A DNA stretch of 64,000 bases from an uncultured bacterium (GTDB lineage Bacteria > Chloroflexota > UBA5177 > JANWHV01). This document shows, piece by piece, positions 8,671 to 18,829 of this stretch. The translations under genes and the position numbers were made by a program. The DNA lies in NCBI GenBank assembly GCA_963827235.1, contig CAWHAE010000009.1:1088001-1152000 (forward strand). Direction: 5' to 3'. Numbering within the stretch: position 1 is the first letter of the stretch; the number at the start of each line of letters is the position of its first letter. Under the pieces are notes generated by a model. It ran no database searches and was not told where the DNA came from. It was given only the letters and a program-made list of their open reading frames with translations.

Positions 8671-9113
8671 GTGACCCTGACGCCGCTCTCTCCGGCGAAG
8701 CTGGCGCACATGGCGGCCAATCGGGCGATCATGCGGCAGGGGCGGATGGTGGGCGTGGCGGCGGTCTACCGCACGGCCTATGGCGGCTATCAGGCCGTCT
8801 CCCTGCAAATCACCCTGAAGCAGGTGGACAGCGCCGACCCGCTGGTGCGCGACCAGACGGAGAAGATGGTCAACGAGTACCTGGCGGAGGTGCCGCTGAG
8901 CGACGCGGACGGGCGGCCGCTGGACCCGCGGGCGATCGCCTACCTGGCGCTGACCGGGGGAGCGACGGATGACGCCAGCGTGGCGGCGGCCTGGAAGCTG
9001 GAGATCACGAGCTACCGGCGGGTGGGCTTCGGCGCCGTGCCCTCGGAGCCGGCGACGTGCAGGACGGGCCGGTCGGCGACCGCTGGCTGTTGGAGCTGAG
9101 GAGGATGCGCTAG
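8671..9113 (+). CDS. Hypothetical virion protein, possibly head closure (frameshift near 3' end)
   Basis: ORF 8671..9099, with an alternative-frame end RWLLELRRMR* at 9113 abutting the next ATG; position in the operon. Confidence 0.45.
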
Positions 9114-10216
9114 ATGCCGCTGGTGATTCCAGCGCCGTGGCGGGACTGCCCTACGCGGCGCCGTGCCTGAGCGATGCCCTGCTGCGGCTGCGGCAGGACA
9201 TCTTCGACCAGGCGGGTCCGAGTCCGCGCTGGCAGGACAGCGACCTGACGCGGGCCATCGACCGGGCGCTGGACCAGTACAGCTTCGTCTTCCCCTGGAC
9301 GCAGACGGCGTTGGTCAACGCGAACGGGGGCTCGCGGCTGCTGGCGGTGCCCACGGTGGTGGACCCGAACGGGGTGGCGGGCGCCTCGGGGACGGGACCG
9401 GCATGGTGGGTGGAGAGCTGCGAGTATCCGACCGGGCAGTTCCCGCACATGACCGTTCCCTTCGTGGAGCTGACGCAGCCGTGCCTGGGCGTGCCGGCGG
9501 CTCCCTCTGCCGTCGTGGTGGCCGCGGCGGGGCTGCTGAACGGCAGCTACAAGTACGTGGTGACCTTCAAGGGCATCGCCGGGGAGACGTGGTCAGCGCC
9601 GGCGTCGGCGGCGGTCGCGCCGGCCAATCAGCAGGCGAGCGTGACGCTGCCGCTGGGTCCGGACGCCCTACTGTCTGGGGCGGAACGTCTACCGCACGGC
9701 GGCGGGCGGCTCGAGCCTACTACCTGGCGGCGACGATGGCGGACAACACGACCACGGTGTTCACCGACAACGTGGCGGATGGGTCGCTCGGCGTGCCGGC
9801 GCCGGCAGCCGACAGCACCCTGAACGTGCCGCTGGTGGAGATGCAGCTGTCGACTGCCGAGCTGCCGGATCCGGCAAGTCCCGGCACGGCACAGTTGACC
9901 TATGCCTCCAAGCACGTGCTGGCCGCCAACGGGACCACGGTGCCCGAGCAGCATCACGACGTGGTGTTGCTCGGGGCCGCGGCCTACGCCTGCCTGGCCT
10001 TCCAGGTGGGGACGAACGACCTGTTCGACTACCAGGACGGGGTGATGCGGGACCAGGTGCACGAGGCGAAGACGCCGGAGCACTGGCTGGCGGTGGGGAA
10101 CAACCTGCTCAAGCAGTTCACGGGGCGGCTGCGAGGACGTGAAGCACCAGCGGGACGCGTGCTACGCGGCGGTGAGCCAGTGGGGCGCGGTGGCCAGAAG
10201 GTGGAGCTGGATCTGA
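9114..10216 (+). CDS. Head-tail adaptor/connector-like protein (frameshifted)
   Basis: LSDALLRLRQDIFD...RWQDSDLTRAIDRALDQYS and TTVPEQHHDVVLLGAAAYA are typical adaptor motifs; assembled from ORFs 8969 and 9163. Confidence 0.6.
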
Positions 10217-10237
10217 TGGCGCCCGGGAGACGGGGTA

Positions 10238-10307
10238 CCTGCGACTGCGGGTCGCATGGCAGCAGATGGGGGACTGCGGTCCCAGGCGGTGGGGGGACTG
10301 CGGTCCC
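10238..10307 (+). repeat. Intergenic double-hairpin element, copy 4 (second hairpin duplicated)
   Basis: CCTGCGACTGCGGGTCGCATGGCAGCAGATGGGGGACTGCGGTCCCAGGCGGTGGGGGGACTGCGGTCCC. Confidence 0.85.
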
Positions 10308-10326
10308 AGGCGGCGGGGAGGCATAG

Positions 10327-10738
10327 GTGGCGACGCAGGGAGTGGACTGCCAGGTCATTCTCGACAACGTGGGCTACATGCTGGCGCCGAGCGGGCACCT
10401 GATGCGGCGGCCGCGGCTGCGCAAGGCGACGGTGGCGAAGGGCGGGGCGGAGCGGTACGTGGACGCGGGCCCGGGCAAGCGGGAGTGGCACCTGGAGATC
10501 CTGGCCCTGACGCAGCTGACGGACTACGGCGGGCAACTGCTGGCGCAGCAGGGGAAGGCGATCCGGGAGGCGCTGCGGGCGAGCTACGAGAAGGTGAGCG
10601 GACGTGATGGGCTTCACGGACGTGGACGGGACGTTGTATACGGTGCATTTCGACAGCTACGAGGAGCACGTGGTCGACCCGCGCACGCAGGTGACGGGGG
10701 TGAGCTACCACTGCGCCATCGTGCTCACTGAAGCGTAG
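10327..10738 (+). CDS. Distal-tail (Dit)-like virion protein (one frameshift ~10600)
   Basis: ~135 aa, beta-rich; GPGKREWHLEI...GFTDVDGTLYTVHFDSYEE...IVLTEA*; lies upstream of a hub-like gene. Confidence 0.45.
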
Positions 10739-10749
10739 GGAGGGCAGGC

Positions 10750-13098
10750 GTGGCCGGCAACGTGCAGAACTACCCGCGCATCGCCGACGTCTACGGCTTC
10801 TCCAATAGCGGCCAGGTGGCCGCCTGCTCGCGCTACGCCCTGGTCATCTCCGGGCCTGCCGCGACATCGGCCGTGGCCGCCCTGAAGGCTGCCAATCCGG
10901 CGGTGAAGGCGTTCGTCTACTTCGAGAGCGGCAGCGTGGACGTGCCCGGCTTCGACGGCCTGAGCATCTACCCGCCCTGGTTCATGTGCCTGGCGGGCAC
11001 CACGCTCTCGTCCGGCATCGACGCCGTGACCACGTCGATTCCGGTGGCCAACGGCACGCCGATCGGCACGTACTTCGCGACCAACCCGGACATCCTGGTC
11101 GACTCCGAGAGCATGCACGTCACCGCGGTCAACGGCAATACGCTCACCGTCACGCGGGGCTACAACTCGACGGCGGCCGCGCACGGCAGCGGCGCCATGG
11201 TGCGCGCGCACGCCACGGCCTGGAGCGGCTCGTGGATGATGAACGTGACGCCGTACTGCCCGACCGACGGCAACGGCCGCAAGTGGACGGACTACCTGGC
11301 CGCGACGGCGGTGAGCCAGGCGGTCTCGCCCTGGGACGGCGTGTTCTTCGACAGCGTGGGCAGCAGCGGCTGGCCGAGCCTGAACGGCGGCACGCTGGAC
11401 GCGAACAACGACAACGTGGCGGACGGCGGGCTGGGTCCATCGGGCACGGGCTGGCTGGACGGGGAGACCGCGCTGCTGGCGGCGGTGCGCGCGGCTGCCG
11501 CTGCCCTGCCCATCATCGGCAACGGCAGCGACTACAGCCAGCTCACCGGGCAGGAGCTGGAGGCGTTTCCGACCCGTCAGGGCGGCGCCGTGCCGGCGCT
11601 GGTGGCCTACCTGGCCGGCGCCGGTCCCGCGGGTGTTGAGCCCTTCACCATCGTCAACCCGGACACGAGCGACACGGGCACGCAGAGCCTGCAGAGCATG
11701 CGCTACAACCTGGGCATCGCCCTGCTGGGCAACGGCTACTTCGCCTACGACTACGGCGACCAGGCGCACGGGCAGACGTGGTGGTACGACGAGTACGACA
11801 ACGGGGCGGGCAGCAGTCTGGCCTCCAGCATGACGGCCGCGCAGACGACGGCGACGCTGGTGGCCGGCACGGGGAGCAAGTTCCACGTGGGTGACGTGGT
11901 GTTCGCGCCGGCCGACTGGACCACCTACGCGAACAACGACGAGCAGATGTACGTCAGCGCGGTGGTGGGCGACACCTTGACCGTGACGCGCGGCTACAAC
12001 GGCACGACGGGCGCCGCGCACACGGTGCCGTGCAAGGTGATGACGGCGGCACAGGTCGCGGCGGGACTCGGGTGGCTGGGCCAGCCGGCGGGCCCGGCGT
12101 ACAGCCTGACGGCGTTGGGGGCGAGTCTGCTGGCGAACGGCGACTTCGAGGCGGCGCCGCTGAGCAGCACCTGGACCTGGGAAGTGGATACCGGGGCCGG
12201 CACGCTGGCGCAGGACGGCACCACGGCGGAGCACGGCGGCAACTCCGCCAGGATGACGATTAGCACGCTGCCGGGTAGCCCGGGCGACATCAGCCTGTGG
12301 CAGGCGGGGTTCAGCCTGGCCGTGACCACGTACACGCTGACGTTCTGGGCCAGGGCAAGCAGACCGGGCATGGTGGTCGGTGCCGGCGTCTCGCTCAACC
12401 AGTCGCCGTGGACGAGTTACGCCTTCCAGACCTTCGCGCTGACCACGACCTGGCAGCAGTACTGGCTGACCTTCGCGATGACCGGCAGCGCCACGCCCTG
12501 CGCGCTCACCTTCAGCCCGGCGCGCGCCGGCGTGCTGGGCAGCGTGTGGCTGGATAACGTCGTGCTGGGAGTTGGCGACGTCAACCTGTGGCGGCGGGAC
12601 TTCGACGGCGGGGTGGTGCTGGTGAACGCCACGGCGGCGGCGCAGAGTCCGGGGGTGGGAGCGGGCTACCGGCGCATAGCGGGCACGCAGGACGCGGTGA
12701 CGAACAGCGGGGCGGCGGTGAGCGCGGTAAGCATCCCGGCGGGCGATGCCGTGGTGCTGGTGGATGGGCTGGGGAAGGGGGCGAGGATGGGCGCGGGGTT
12801 TATCAACGCGGACGGCAGCGAAGTGGTGGGGGAGTCGTTCAAGAGCGCGATCATCAACACGGCGACCACGACGATGGTGAAGAGCGGGCCGGGTCGGCTG
12901 GGCTACCTGAACATCCTGGGGGGCACGCTGGGGGCGATCACGGTCTACGACAACACGGTGGCGAGCGGGACGCTGCTGCTGTCGCAGTTCACGCCCACGG
13001 CGGGTGTGCCTATCTGCCTGTGCCTGGAGTTGGCGTTCAGCACGGGGCTGACCATCGTGACGGCGGCGGCGACCGTGGTGCAGGTGAGCTACAGCTAG
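10750..13098 (+). CDS. Putative glycoside hydrolase with carbohydrate-binding module (depolymerase-like virion protein)
   Basis: WDGVFFD and MRYNLGIALLGNGYFAYDYG..HGQTWWYDEYD glycoside-hydrolase-like motifs; CBM4/9-like LLANGDFE; two copies of a TLTVTRGYN..AAH module. The last ~100 aa (from ATG 12787) may be a separate gene. Confidence 0.65.
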   Translation: MAGNVQNYPRIADVYGFSNSGQVAACSRYALVISGPAATSAVAALKAANPAVKAFVYFESGSVDVPGFDGLSIYPPWFMCLAGTTLSSGIDAVTTSIPVANGTPIGTYFATNPDILVDSESMHVTAVNGNTLTVTRGYNSTAAAHGSGAMVRAHATAWSGSWMMNVTPYCPTDGNGRKWTDYLAATAVSQAVSPWDGVFFDSVGSSGWPSLNGGTLDANNDNVADGGLGPSGTGWLDGETALLAAVRAAAAALPIIGNGSDYSQLTGQELEAFPTRQGGAVPALVAYLAGAGPAGVEPFTIVNPDTSDTGTQSLQSMRYNLGIALLGNGYFAYDYGDQAHGQTWWYDEYDNGAGSSLASSMTAAQTTATLVAGTGSKFHVGDVVFAPADWTTYANNDEQMYVSAVVGDTLTVTRGYNGTTGAAHTVPCKVMTAAQVAAGLGWLGQPAGPAYSLTALGASLLANGDFEAAPLSSTWTWEVDTGAGTLAQDGTTAEHGGNSARMTISTLPGSPGDISLWQAGFSLAVTTYTLTFWARASRPGMVVGAGVSLNQSPWTSYAFQTFALTTTWQQYWLTFAMTGSATPCALTFSPARAGVLGSVWLDNVVLGVGDVNLWRRDFDGGVVLVNATAAAQSPGVGAGYRRIAGTQDAVTNSGAAVSAVSIPAGDAVVLVDGLGKGARMGAGFINADGSEVVGESFKSAIINTATTTMVKSGPGRLGYLNILGGTLGAITVYDNTVASGTLLLSQFTPTAGVPICLCLELAFSTGLTIVTAAATVVQVSYS

Positions 13099-13099
13099 C

Positions 13100-15077
13100 A
13101 TGAGGAGCTTGCCGGCCGCCGTGCTGAGCGCGGCACAGTCGTTTGGGGCGCCGCCGGACCTGAAGCTGGAGTTGGCGGACAGCGCGCCGCACTTCGCGAC
13201 CCTGAGCAGTGGAGGCAGCGCGGCCTCGCAGAGCGCGGGGTGCGTGGCGGCGGACGGGTCGCTGGTGCTGGCCTACCTGGGCGCCGCCGGGCTTTCGGTG
13301 CTGCGGGTGACGGACCCCTCGCAGGCGGGCAACTGGACGGGCTGGACGCTGCTGACCGCGGACGCGCGGGTGAACGCCGGCTGCTGCTTCGTGGTCTCGG
13401 GCGGCACGGTGCGGCTGCTCTACCAGAAGACGTCCACCACGCAGGTGTGCGGCACGGACTCCACGACCAACGGGGTGAGCTGGGGCGGCATCACCGTGCA
13501 GTTCGACCCGGGGCATGCCTGCTGGGGCATTGCCGCGGACAGCGACCTGACCACGGTGCTGATTGCCTACGACCCGGGGACGGGATTGGGGCGGCTGGCG
13601 GCGTGGAAGTACACGACGAGTTGGGCGGGGGTCGACTGGACGAACGGGGACTGGAGCCTGGTGGACGGCATCGCCTGCGTGCGCAACACGAACGGCAGCT
13701 ACAGCGTGGTGATCGCGGGGCAGCAGACGAGCAGCCTGCCCAGCTCGGTGTGGAGTTGCACCTATCTCTACGGGGGCAGCCCGGCCTGGAGCGTGTGGAG
13801 CACGATACGGGCGTTCACCGTCTCGGCGGGCATCTACCTCTCCTACCCGCACCTGAGCCAGTGGGGCGGGCTCTACCGGCTGACCTACGTGGAGCAGGAC
13901 ACGGGCTCGGTGGACGGCATGGCCGTATGCCCGGCTGCTGCGCTCGACCAGCATCGACTTCGTGCACTGGACGGCGCCCACGGCGACCCTGGTCAGCGTG
14001 AGCCGGGGCGGCGTGTGGCTGCAGCACAGTCTGGGGCAGGTGCTGGCGGGGGTGGAGGCGGTGAGCTTCGCGCCGGCCTACAGCGCGAGCACGGGCTATC
14101 GGGACATGACGGCGGACTTGCTGCGTCTGGAGGTGGTGGAGGCGGAGGGGAAGCCGGCCACCCTGACCGCGACCCTGGACAACAGCACGGGGCAATACAG
14201 TGGGTTGGCGGCGCTGAAAGTGCGCTCGCAGGTGCTGCTCAGTCAGGGTTACGTGGGAGTGGGATTGGCGCCCACGCACCTGTTCTACGTGCAGGGGTGG
14301 CGGTTCACGCGGGCCGTGGACACCAGCGAAGTGACGGTGACGGCGCTGGACGCGGCGGAGCGGCTGCGCTACGAGAGCGCCATGCCGCAGAGCTACGCCA
14401 ACCGACAGATCGGGGGCATCACGAGCGACCTGGCGGCGTTGGCGGGCATGGAGCAGGCGGTGGTCTATGACGCCTCCTTCACGCCGGGGCAGGGCATCGA
14501 CGCCTTCCAGGTGACGGCGGGGAGCACCTACCTGGCGGCGCTGGAGCGGCTGCTGCCGGTGTTTGCGGGGGGCTGGCGGGTGCAGGTGGGCAGCGGCAGC
14601 GGGGTGGCCTTTGCCGTGCTGGACTGGCTGAACGTGATCGGCAAGAGCGCGCTGCAGACGGTGGTGTGGACGTACACCGCGGAGCCCGAGCGCTTGACGG
14701 TGGGCGTGGACGGGGACAGAGCCAATCGCGTGGCGGTGCGCGGTCCGAGCAAGGTGGCGACGGCGGTGGGGGAAGCGTGGGACGGCAGCGACCTGGCGAA
14801 CACGGGGCGGGAGCGGTACGCGCTGGCGGTGGAGCAGCTGGCGACCACGAGCGGCACGGCGGGGCAGGTGGCGGGATTGGCGCTGGCGCGGGAGCAGCGG
14901 CTGGCCAGGAGCATGGAGGTGGCCGTGGGGCCGAACCCGGCGCTGGAGCTACTGGACGCCATCGCCGTGACGGACAGCATCCTGCCCACGAGCCAGGGGC
15001 GCATCACGGCGCTGACGCTGAGTGTCGAGCCCCGCAGCGGGCAGTGGGACTTGGTGTTGACCTGTGAAGGGCTGTGA
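13100..15077 (+). CDS. Large tail/baseplate hub-like protein (frameshift ~13925)
   Basis: ORF 13100 joins ORF 13962. C-terminal ATLTATLDNSTGQY...PNPALELLDAIAVTD...GRITALTL hub signature; N-terminal propeller-like region. Confidence 0.6.
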
Positions 15078-15162
15078 GTCGTAGGTGCACTCATGCCGGG
15101 CGTGTGACGGTCCGAGAACCGGCGAGCGGGAACCGGCGTTGACCTCTGAAAGTCTGTGAGAT

Positions 15163-15726
15163 ATGAACGACAAAGCACTCGCGAATGCGTTGGGATTGCA
15201 GAGCAGCTACGGCTTTCACGTGGAGGAACCGCCGCGGCCGCCTGCCGCCAAGCTGATACGGCAGGGGCTGGCCCAGCGCTGGTACCCGTGTATCGAAGAG
15301 GACAATACCTACACGGGCTGTCTGGGCGAGGACTGCCCGCTCGAAGTCTGCTGGACGGACACGCCGTCGACCAGCTACGCGGTTGCGCTGCGGCGACATT
15401 TCCGGGCGGCGGCCGCCGACTATGTACCCGGGGCGCAATGCCTGCAGTGCCGCCACGTGCAGCAAATCGCCGTGGAGGTCATCGATGGCCGGCGCGGCGT
15501 GATCAGCCTGCCGATGCTGCGCTGCGTCAAGCAGTGCTGGCAGAATCCGATCAGCGCTTCCGCCTTCGTGCGCCGACGCATCCCGCCCGAGGAGGGTCAC
15601 GACCTGGCTGATTGCCCGCTCTTCGACCCGGCGCGCGCGCCTATCGACATCGTTGAGCAGCATCGCTTGCAGCTCAACGATCGCGTGCGGGCACGGCGAT
15701 CCGCCAGAGCAGCCAGTGGAGACTAG
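15163..15726 (+). CDS. Cys-rich hypothetical protein
   Basis: 187-aa ORF with CxxxxC and CxxC clusters; stop is 1 bp before the next ATG. Confidence 0.55.
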   Translation: MNDKALANALGLQSSYGFHVEEPPRPPAAKLIRQGLAQRWYPCIEEDNTYTGCLGEDCPLEVCWTDTPSTSYAVALRRHFRAAAADYVPGAQCLQCRHVQQIAVEVIDGRRGVISLPMLRCVKQCWQNPISASAFVRRRIPPEEGHDLADCPLFDPARAPIDIVEQHRLQLNDRVRARRSARAASGD

Positions 15727-15727
15727 C

Positions 15728-16225
15728 ATGGCTCAGTACCCTGCCCCCGGAGGAATACGGGTATCCTCGACCGCGGAGCGGACCGTGCAGACGGCCTGCC
15801 CAGAGGAGTGGGAGGAATCACGGCATCCTTCCGGCAAGACTGGAAGGAGGAGAGACGCGACATTCGAGCAGCCGAAGCTGCTGCACCCGGAGGCAGCATC
15901 CGGGGCAGACGGGGCGGACCTATCCGGCCGGAGCGCGTACGCGGATATGCTGCAGCACGACGAGCGGAGCATCTTCGAGCGCGTTCGTCATGAGCGCGGC
16001 CTGGAGCACGAGATTGCCCTGCTGCGGCTGCACATCTGTCTCCTGCTGCAGGACAGCGAGAACCGCACCAGTCCGGCCACGATCGGGCTGATCACGCGAG
16101 CCATCGATCTGCTGATCAAGGCTCTGCGCGCGCAGGGTATCGGCGTCGACGCGGAGCACAGTGCGCTCGAACGGGAGCTGGAACGGGCGGCGGCGGAAAT
16201 CCAGCAGCGCGGGAGAGAATCCTAG
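15728..16225 (+). CDS. Terminase small subunit-like protein
   Basis: GLEHEIALLRLHI...ITRAIDLLIKALRAQ helical motif; located upstream of terL. Confidence 0.5.
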   Translation: MAQYPAPGGIRVSSTAERTVQTACPEEWEESRHPSGKTGRRRDATFEQPKLLHPEAASGADGADLSGRSAYADMLQHDERSIFERVRHERGLEHEIALLRLHICLLLQDSENRTSPATIGLITRAIDLLIKALRAQGIGVDAEHSALERELERAAAEIQQRGRES

Positions 16226-16432
16226 CTCGTCTCCCTCGGAAAAAGCAGCCAAATGGGAGTATAAACACAGCCAAAAAGACGATGTCAACCCCCGTTCATA
16301 TTGGTTATAGTACGCATGCTGAGTGAGCGTTCTTACGCGACATGGCCCTGAGCATTGCGCCGAGCACACCGTGCACACGGCGCCGACGAGCCGGCAGGAC
16401 ACCCTCGACACGCGCGAGGGAGGAGGAATGAC

Positions 16433-16630
16433 ATGATTACAGAGCTCTGGCTTAGGGCGGCACAGCGCCTGCAGCAGTACCTGGCCAAGCGGTTTGCCGA
16501 TGAAAACGGCCAGGGACTGGTGGAATATGCCTTGATCCTTGGCTTTGTCGCCATCATGGTCGTGGTTTCGCTGAAGTTTCTGCAACCGGCAATCAGCACG
16601 CAGCTCAACAACGTCGGCAACGGCATCTAG
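16433..16630 (+). CDS. flp: Flp family type IVb pilin
   Basis: Strong AGGAGG RBS; DENGQG|LVEYALILGFVAIMVVVSL prepilin cleavage and Flp motif; 65 aa. Confidence 0.9.
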   Translation: MITELWLRAAQRLQQYLAKRFADENGQGLVEYALILGFVAIMVVVSLKFLQPAISTQLNNVGNGI

Positions 16631-16810
16631 CGCCACGCCTGGCGGCTCGTCGCCACGTCGAACACACTCGCACCGCAGCACCTCGGGATATGCCGGGGTG
16701 CTGCTCTTTCTCGCCCGCTCTCCGCGCACGTACCCAGGCCGCGCAGGCCGGGCCGCTCATTTCTTTTAGGACTGATGCCAATCCGCCGCGCACCACAGAG
16801 GAGAACCGGC

Positions 16811-16998
16811 GTGTCCGTATCGCTACAGTCAACCGTTAGGTTCCTGATGGAGGACGTCACGCGCTTCAGCGAGGCCGTGGTAAAGAGGCCCTTACGTCCG
16901 TACCAGGCAGAGATTGCCCGCGCCGTGGCCATGGCGGCGCTTGCTCACCACGGGGACACACTTACCGTGATGATGGCAAGACAGATGGGTAAGAACGA
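16811..16998 (+). pseudogene. terL: Terminase large subunit, 5' part (interrupted at Walker A by an integrated element)
   Basis: GAGGAG RBS then GTG; LRPYQ Q-motif and VMMARQMGKNE Walker A; in-frame stop two codons after the junction. Confidence 0.85.
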
Positions 16999-17472
16999 AA
17001 TATAGATGTGTGGAGAGTGTAAGCATATAGCACGCGAAGAGTTGTCCGCAGGGCGCACGGTAGCTAGGTGAGTGGGGGGGGGTTGGGTATATGGGGCTGC
17101 TTACGTGCGTCTGGGGGGGCGTGGCCGGCGTGCTCGGTGGCGTCGGACGTTGCCCATGCTGCCCAGGTGACGGAGCACACGTCGACCTGGCATGCGTACC
17201 TCAGGTATGCGAAGTCAGGGCTGTGGACAGCCTCAACGTTGAGGGGTGGCCCGGCTAGCGTCGCCGGCTGCGTGAACGTCACGCGCTCGCGCAGCCAGCC
17301 AACGCTCCCGTGTGCGGGGCGGGACGCCGCGCTGGCAGTCGGACGTCCACACCACGACTCTAAGGCACCGCCGCAATCTTGTCAGATGCCTGATGGAAGG
17401 TCTTTTGGGGCCATTCGGCCCATGACGGCGCCCGGCTATTTTGGAACGCATAAGCAATGGAACATTGCGCTC

Positions 17473-17965
17473 TCAGGCGGCCCGGATCTGCCCTAGCTCG
17501 AGGTGCGTTATCAGACGGTCGAGCTCGTCATCGGACAGGGCCGCAAGCTCGGTCGGCGTTAGGGTCACCTGCACCTGTGGCGCGACGACTGGGATATCCA
17601 AGCCCCAGAGCCGGCTGCGCCGCTCGCTGATGCGCAGCGCACGGTCGATGGCGCGCAACTTGCGATTCGGGGTCGTCCGACTGGAGGTCGGCCTGCAACT
17701 TGAGCAAATAGTTGTCGAGACGTGTATCTTCAAGCGCGCGCCGCAGGGCGGTCTCCTGGTTTGTCAGTTTGGCCAGTTCGCCGAGGGCCGTCTTGTCGTC
17801 GCGGAACACGGTTCCTAGGCCGGTGCCCAGCGACTCGGCGATGTCGCGGTAGCTGACGCCGGCGGCGCGATACTTGAGCACTTGGAGCCGGCGATAGGCG
17901 GCGCGCTCCGGCTGCCCGGCTGGCTGGTTCTTCGGCTGTCGATCGCTGATTCTCGAGTCATCCAT
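17473..17965 (-). CDS. HTH protein resembling a terminase small subunit (frameshift ~17660)
   Basis: ERAAYRRLQVLKYRAAGVSYRDIAESLG...ALEDTRLDNYL joined to AIDRALRISERRSRLWGLDIP...LAALSDDELDRLI; typical TerS-like HTH architecture. Confidence 0.6.
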
Positions 17966-18002
17966 GGTAATCCTCCTCTGATCGGTCTACTAACCAACGC
18001 CT

Positions 18003-18043
18003 GCCGCCCGTCCGGAAGTTTGCCCAGCGCCCGGACGGGCGGC
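18003..18043 (-). terminator. 13-bp GC stem-loop between the coiled-coil gene and the terS-like gene
   Basis: GCCGCCCGTCCGG / CCGGACGGGCGGC perfect inverted repeat; no clear U tract. Confidence 0.45.
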
Positions 18044-18055
18044 GGTGTCTAGCCG

Positions 18056-18829
18056 TCAACGGCGCCGCGGCGGCTGCTGGCTGGCCCAGTCGACGGCAGC
18101 CAGCGCGCGTAGTTGCTGATCCTGCGACGTTACCGGCCGTGGTGCTACCGCTGGCGCTTCGCCGTGCACAGGACCATGGCCCAGGGCCCTTCGCTCAGCC
18201 TCGACGAACAGCGCGAGCTCGTGCTGCAGCGCCCGGGCCGGCCATGGCGCAAATCGTTGGTCCGCCCAATGCACCACCTCAGCCACGGTCGCGGCGCTGT
18301 CCAGGCAGGGGGCCTGCTCGCGCGCCAGGAGTTGCAACCAACACCTGTCCACGTTCTGGCCCGCAGGCTGAGCCAGCAACCAGTTTCCAAAGGGCTGCCC
18401 GCCGGCGTCCTTGAGCGCGTCGGCCAATTCTGCACGCGCCCTTTCGACGCGGCCTAGCGACGCGCGGCGCTTCTCCTCGGCTTCGGCGCGTGCCTGCTGT
18501 TCGGCGGCCGCCTTCGCCTGCCGGTCCTGTTCGTCGAGCGCAGACAGCGCCTGGTCGCACTCCTCGCGCAGCCGGACAAGCGCTCCGTCCTCCGTGGCGA
18601 GGGCCGTCAGCTTGATCCGCAGATCCGCCAGGCGGTCGTCTCCAGGTGTCGGCATGCCGGCCGCAGCCAGCAACTGCCGATCGGCGCCGGCCTGCTGAGC
18701 TTCGGCGATCTCGTGCTCGAGGCGCTCGCGCTCCCCACGCAGAGTGATCAGGCGGCGATGGGCAGCGGCATTCTGTTGGGCCAACCCGGCGCGATCGGTG
18801 GGTGCGGTGATCGATGTACTTGTGCTCAT
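18056..18829 (-). CDS. Coiled-coil hypothetical protein
   Basis: 257 aa, Ala/Glu/Arg-rich heptads; AAAGGA RBS. Confidence 0.6.
   Translation of the reverse strand: MSTSTSITAPTDRAGLAQQNAAAHRRLITLRGERERLEHEIAEAQQAGADRQLLAAAGMPTPGDDRLADLRIKLTALATEDGALVRLREECDQALSALDEQDRQAKAAAEQQARAEAEEKRRASLGRVERARAELADALKDAGGQPFGNWLLAQPAGQNVDRCWLQLLAREQAPCLDSAATVAEVVHWADQRFAPWPARALQHELALFVEAERRALGHGPVHGEAPAVAPRPVTSQDQQLRALAAVDWASQQPPRRR

Noticed and set aside
5221-10307. Double-hairpin repeats as a second CRISPR array or DGR template/variable repeats
   Set aside because: Copies are kilobases apart and separated by whole genes; no reverse transcriptase and no adenine-specific variation.
10705-13101. 798-aa minus-strand ORF, and similar long shadow ORFs at 28712-30664 (+), 38806-40284 (+) and 58528-60837 (+)
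   Set aside because: Antisense shadows of well-supported genes, expected in high-GC DNA; no motifs.
17040-17470. Non-coding stretch between attL and the terS-like gene as a pac/cos site
   Set aside because: Plausible by position, but only weak palindromes and a G-run are visible; no supportable motif.
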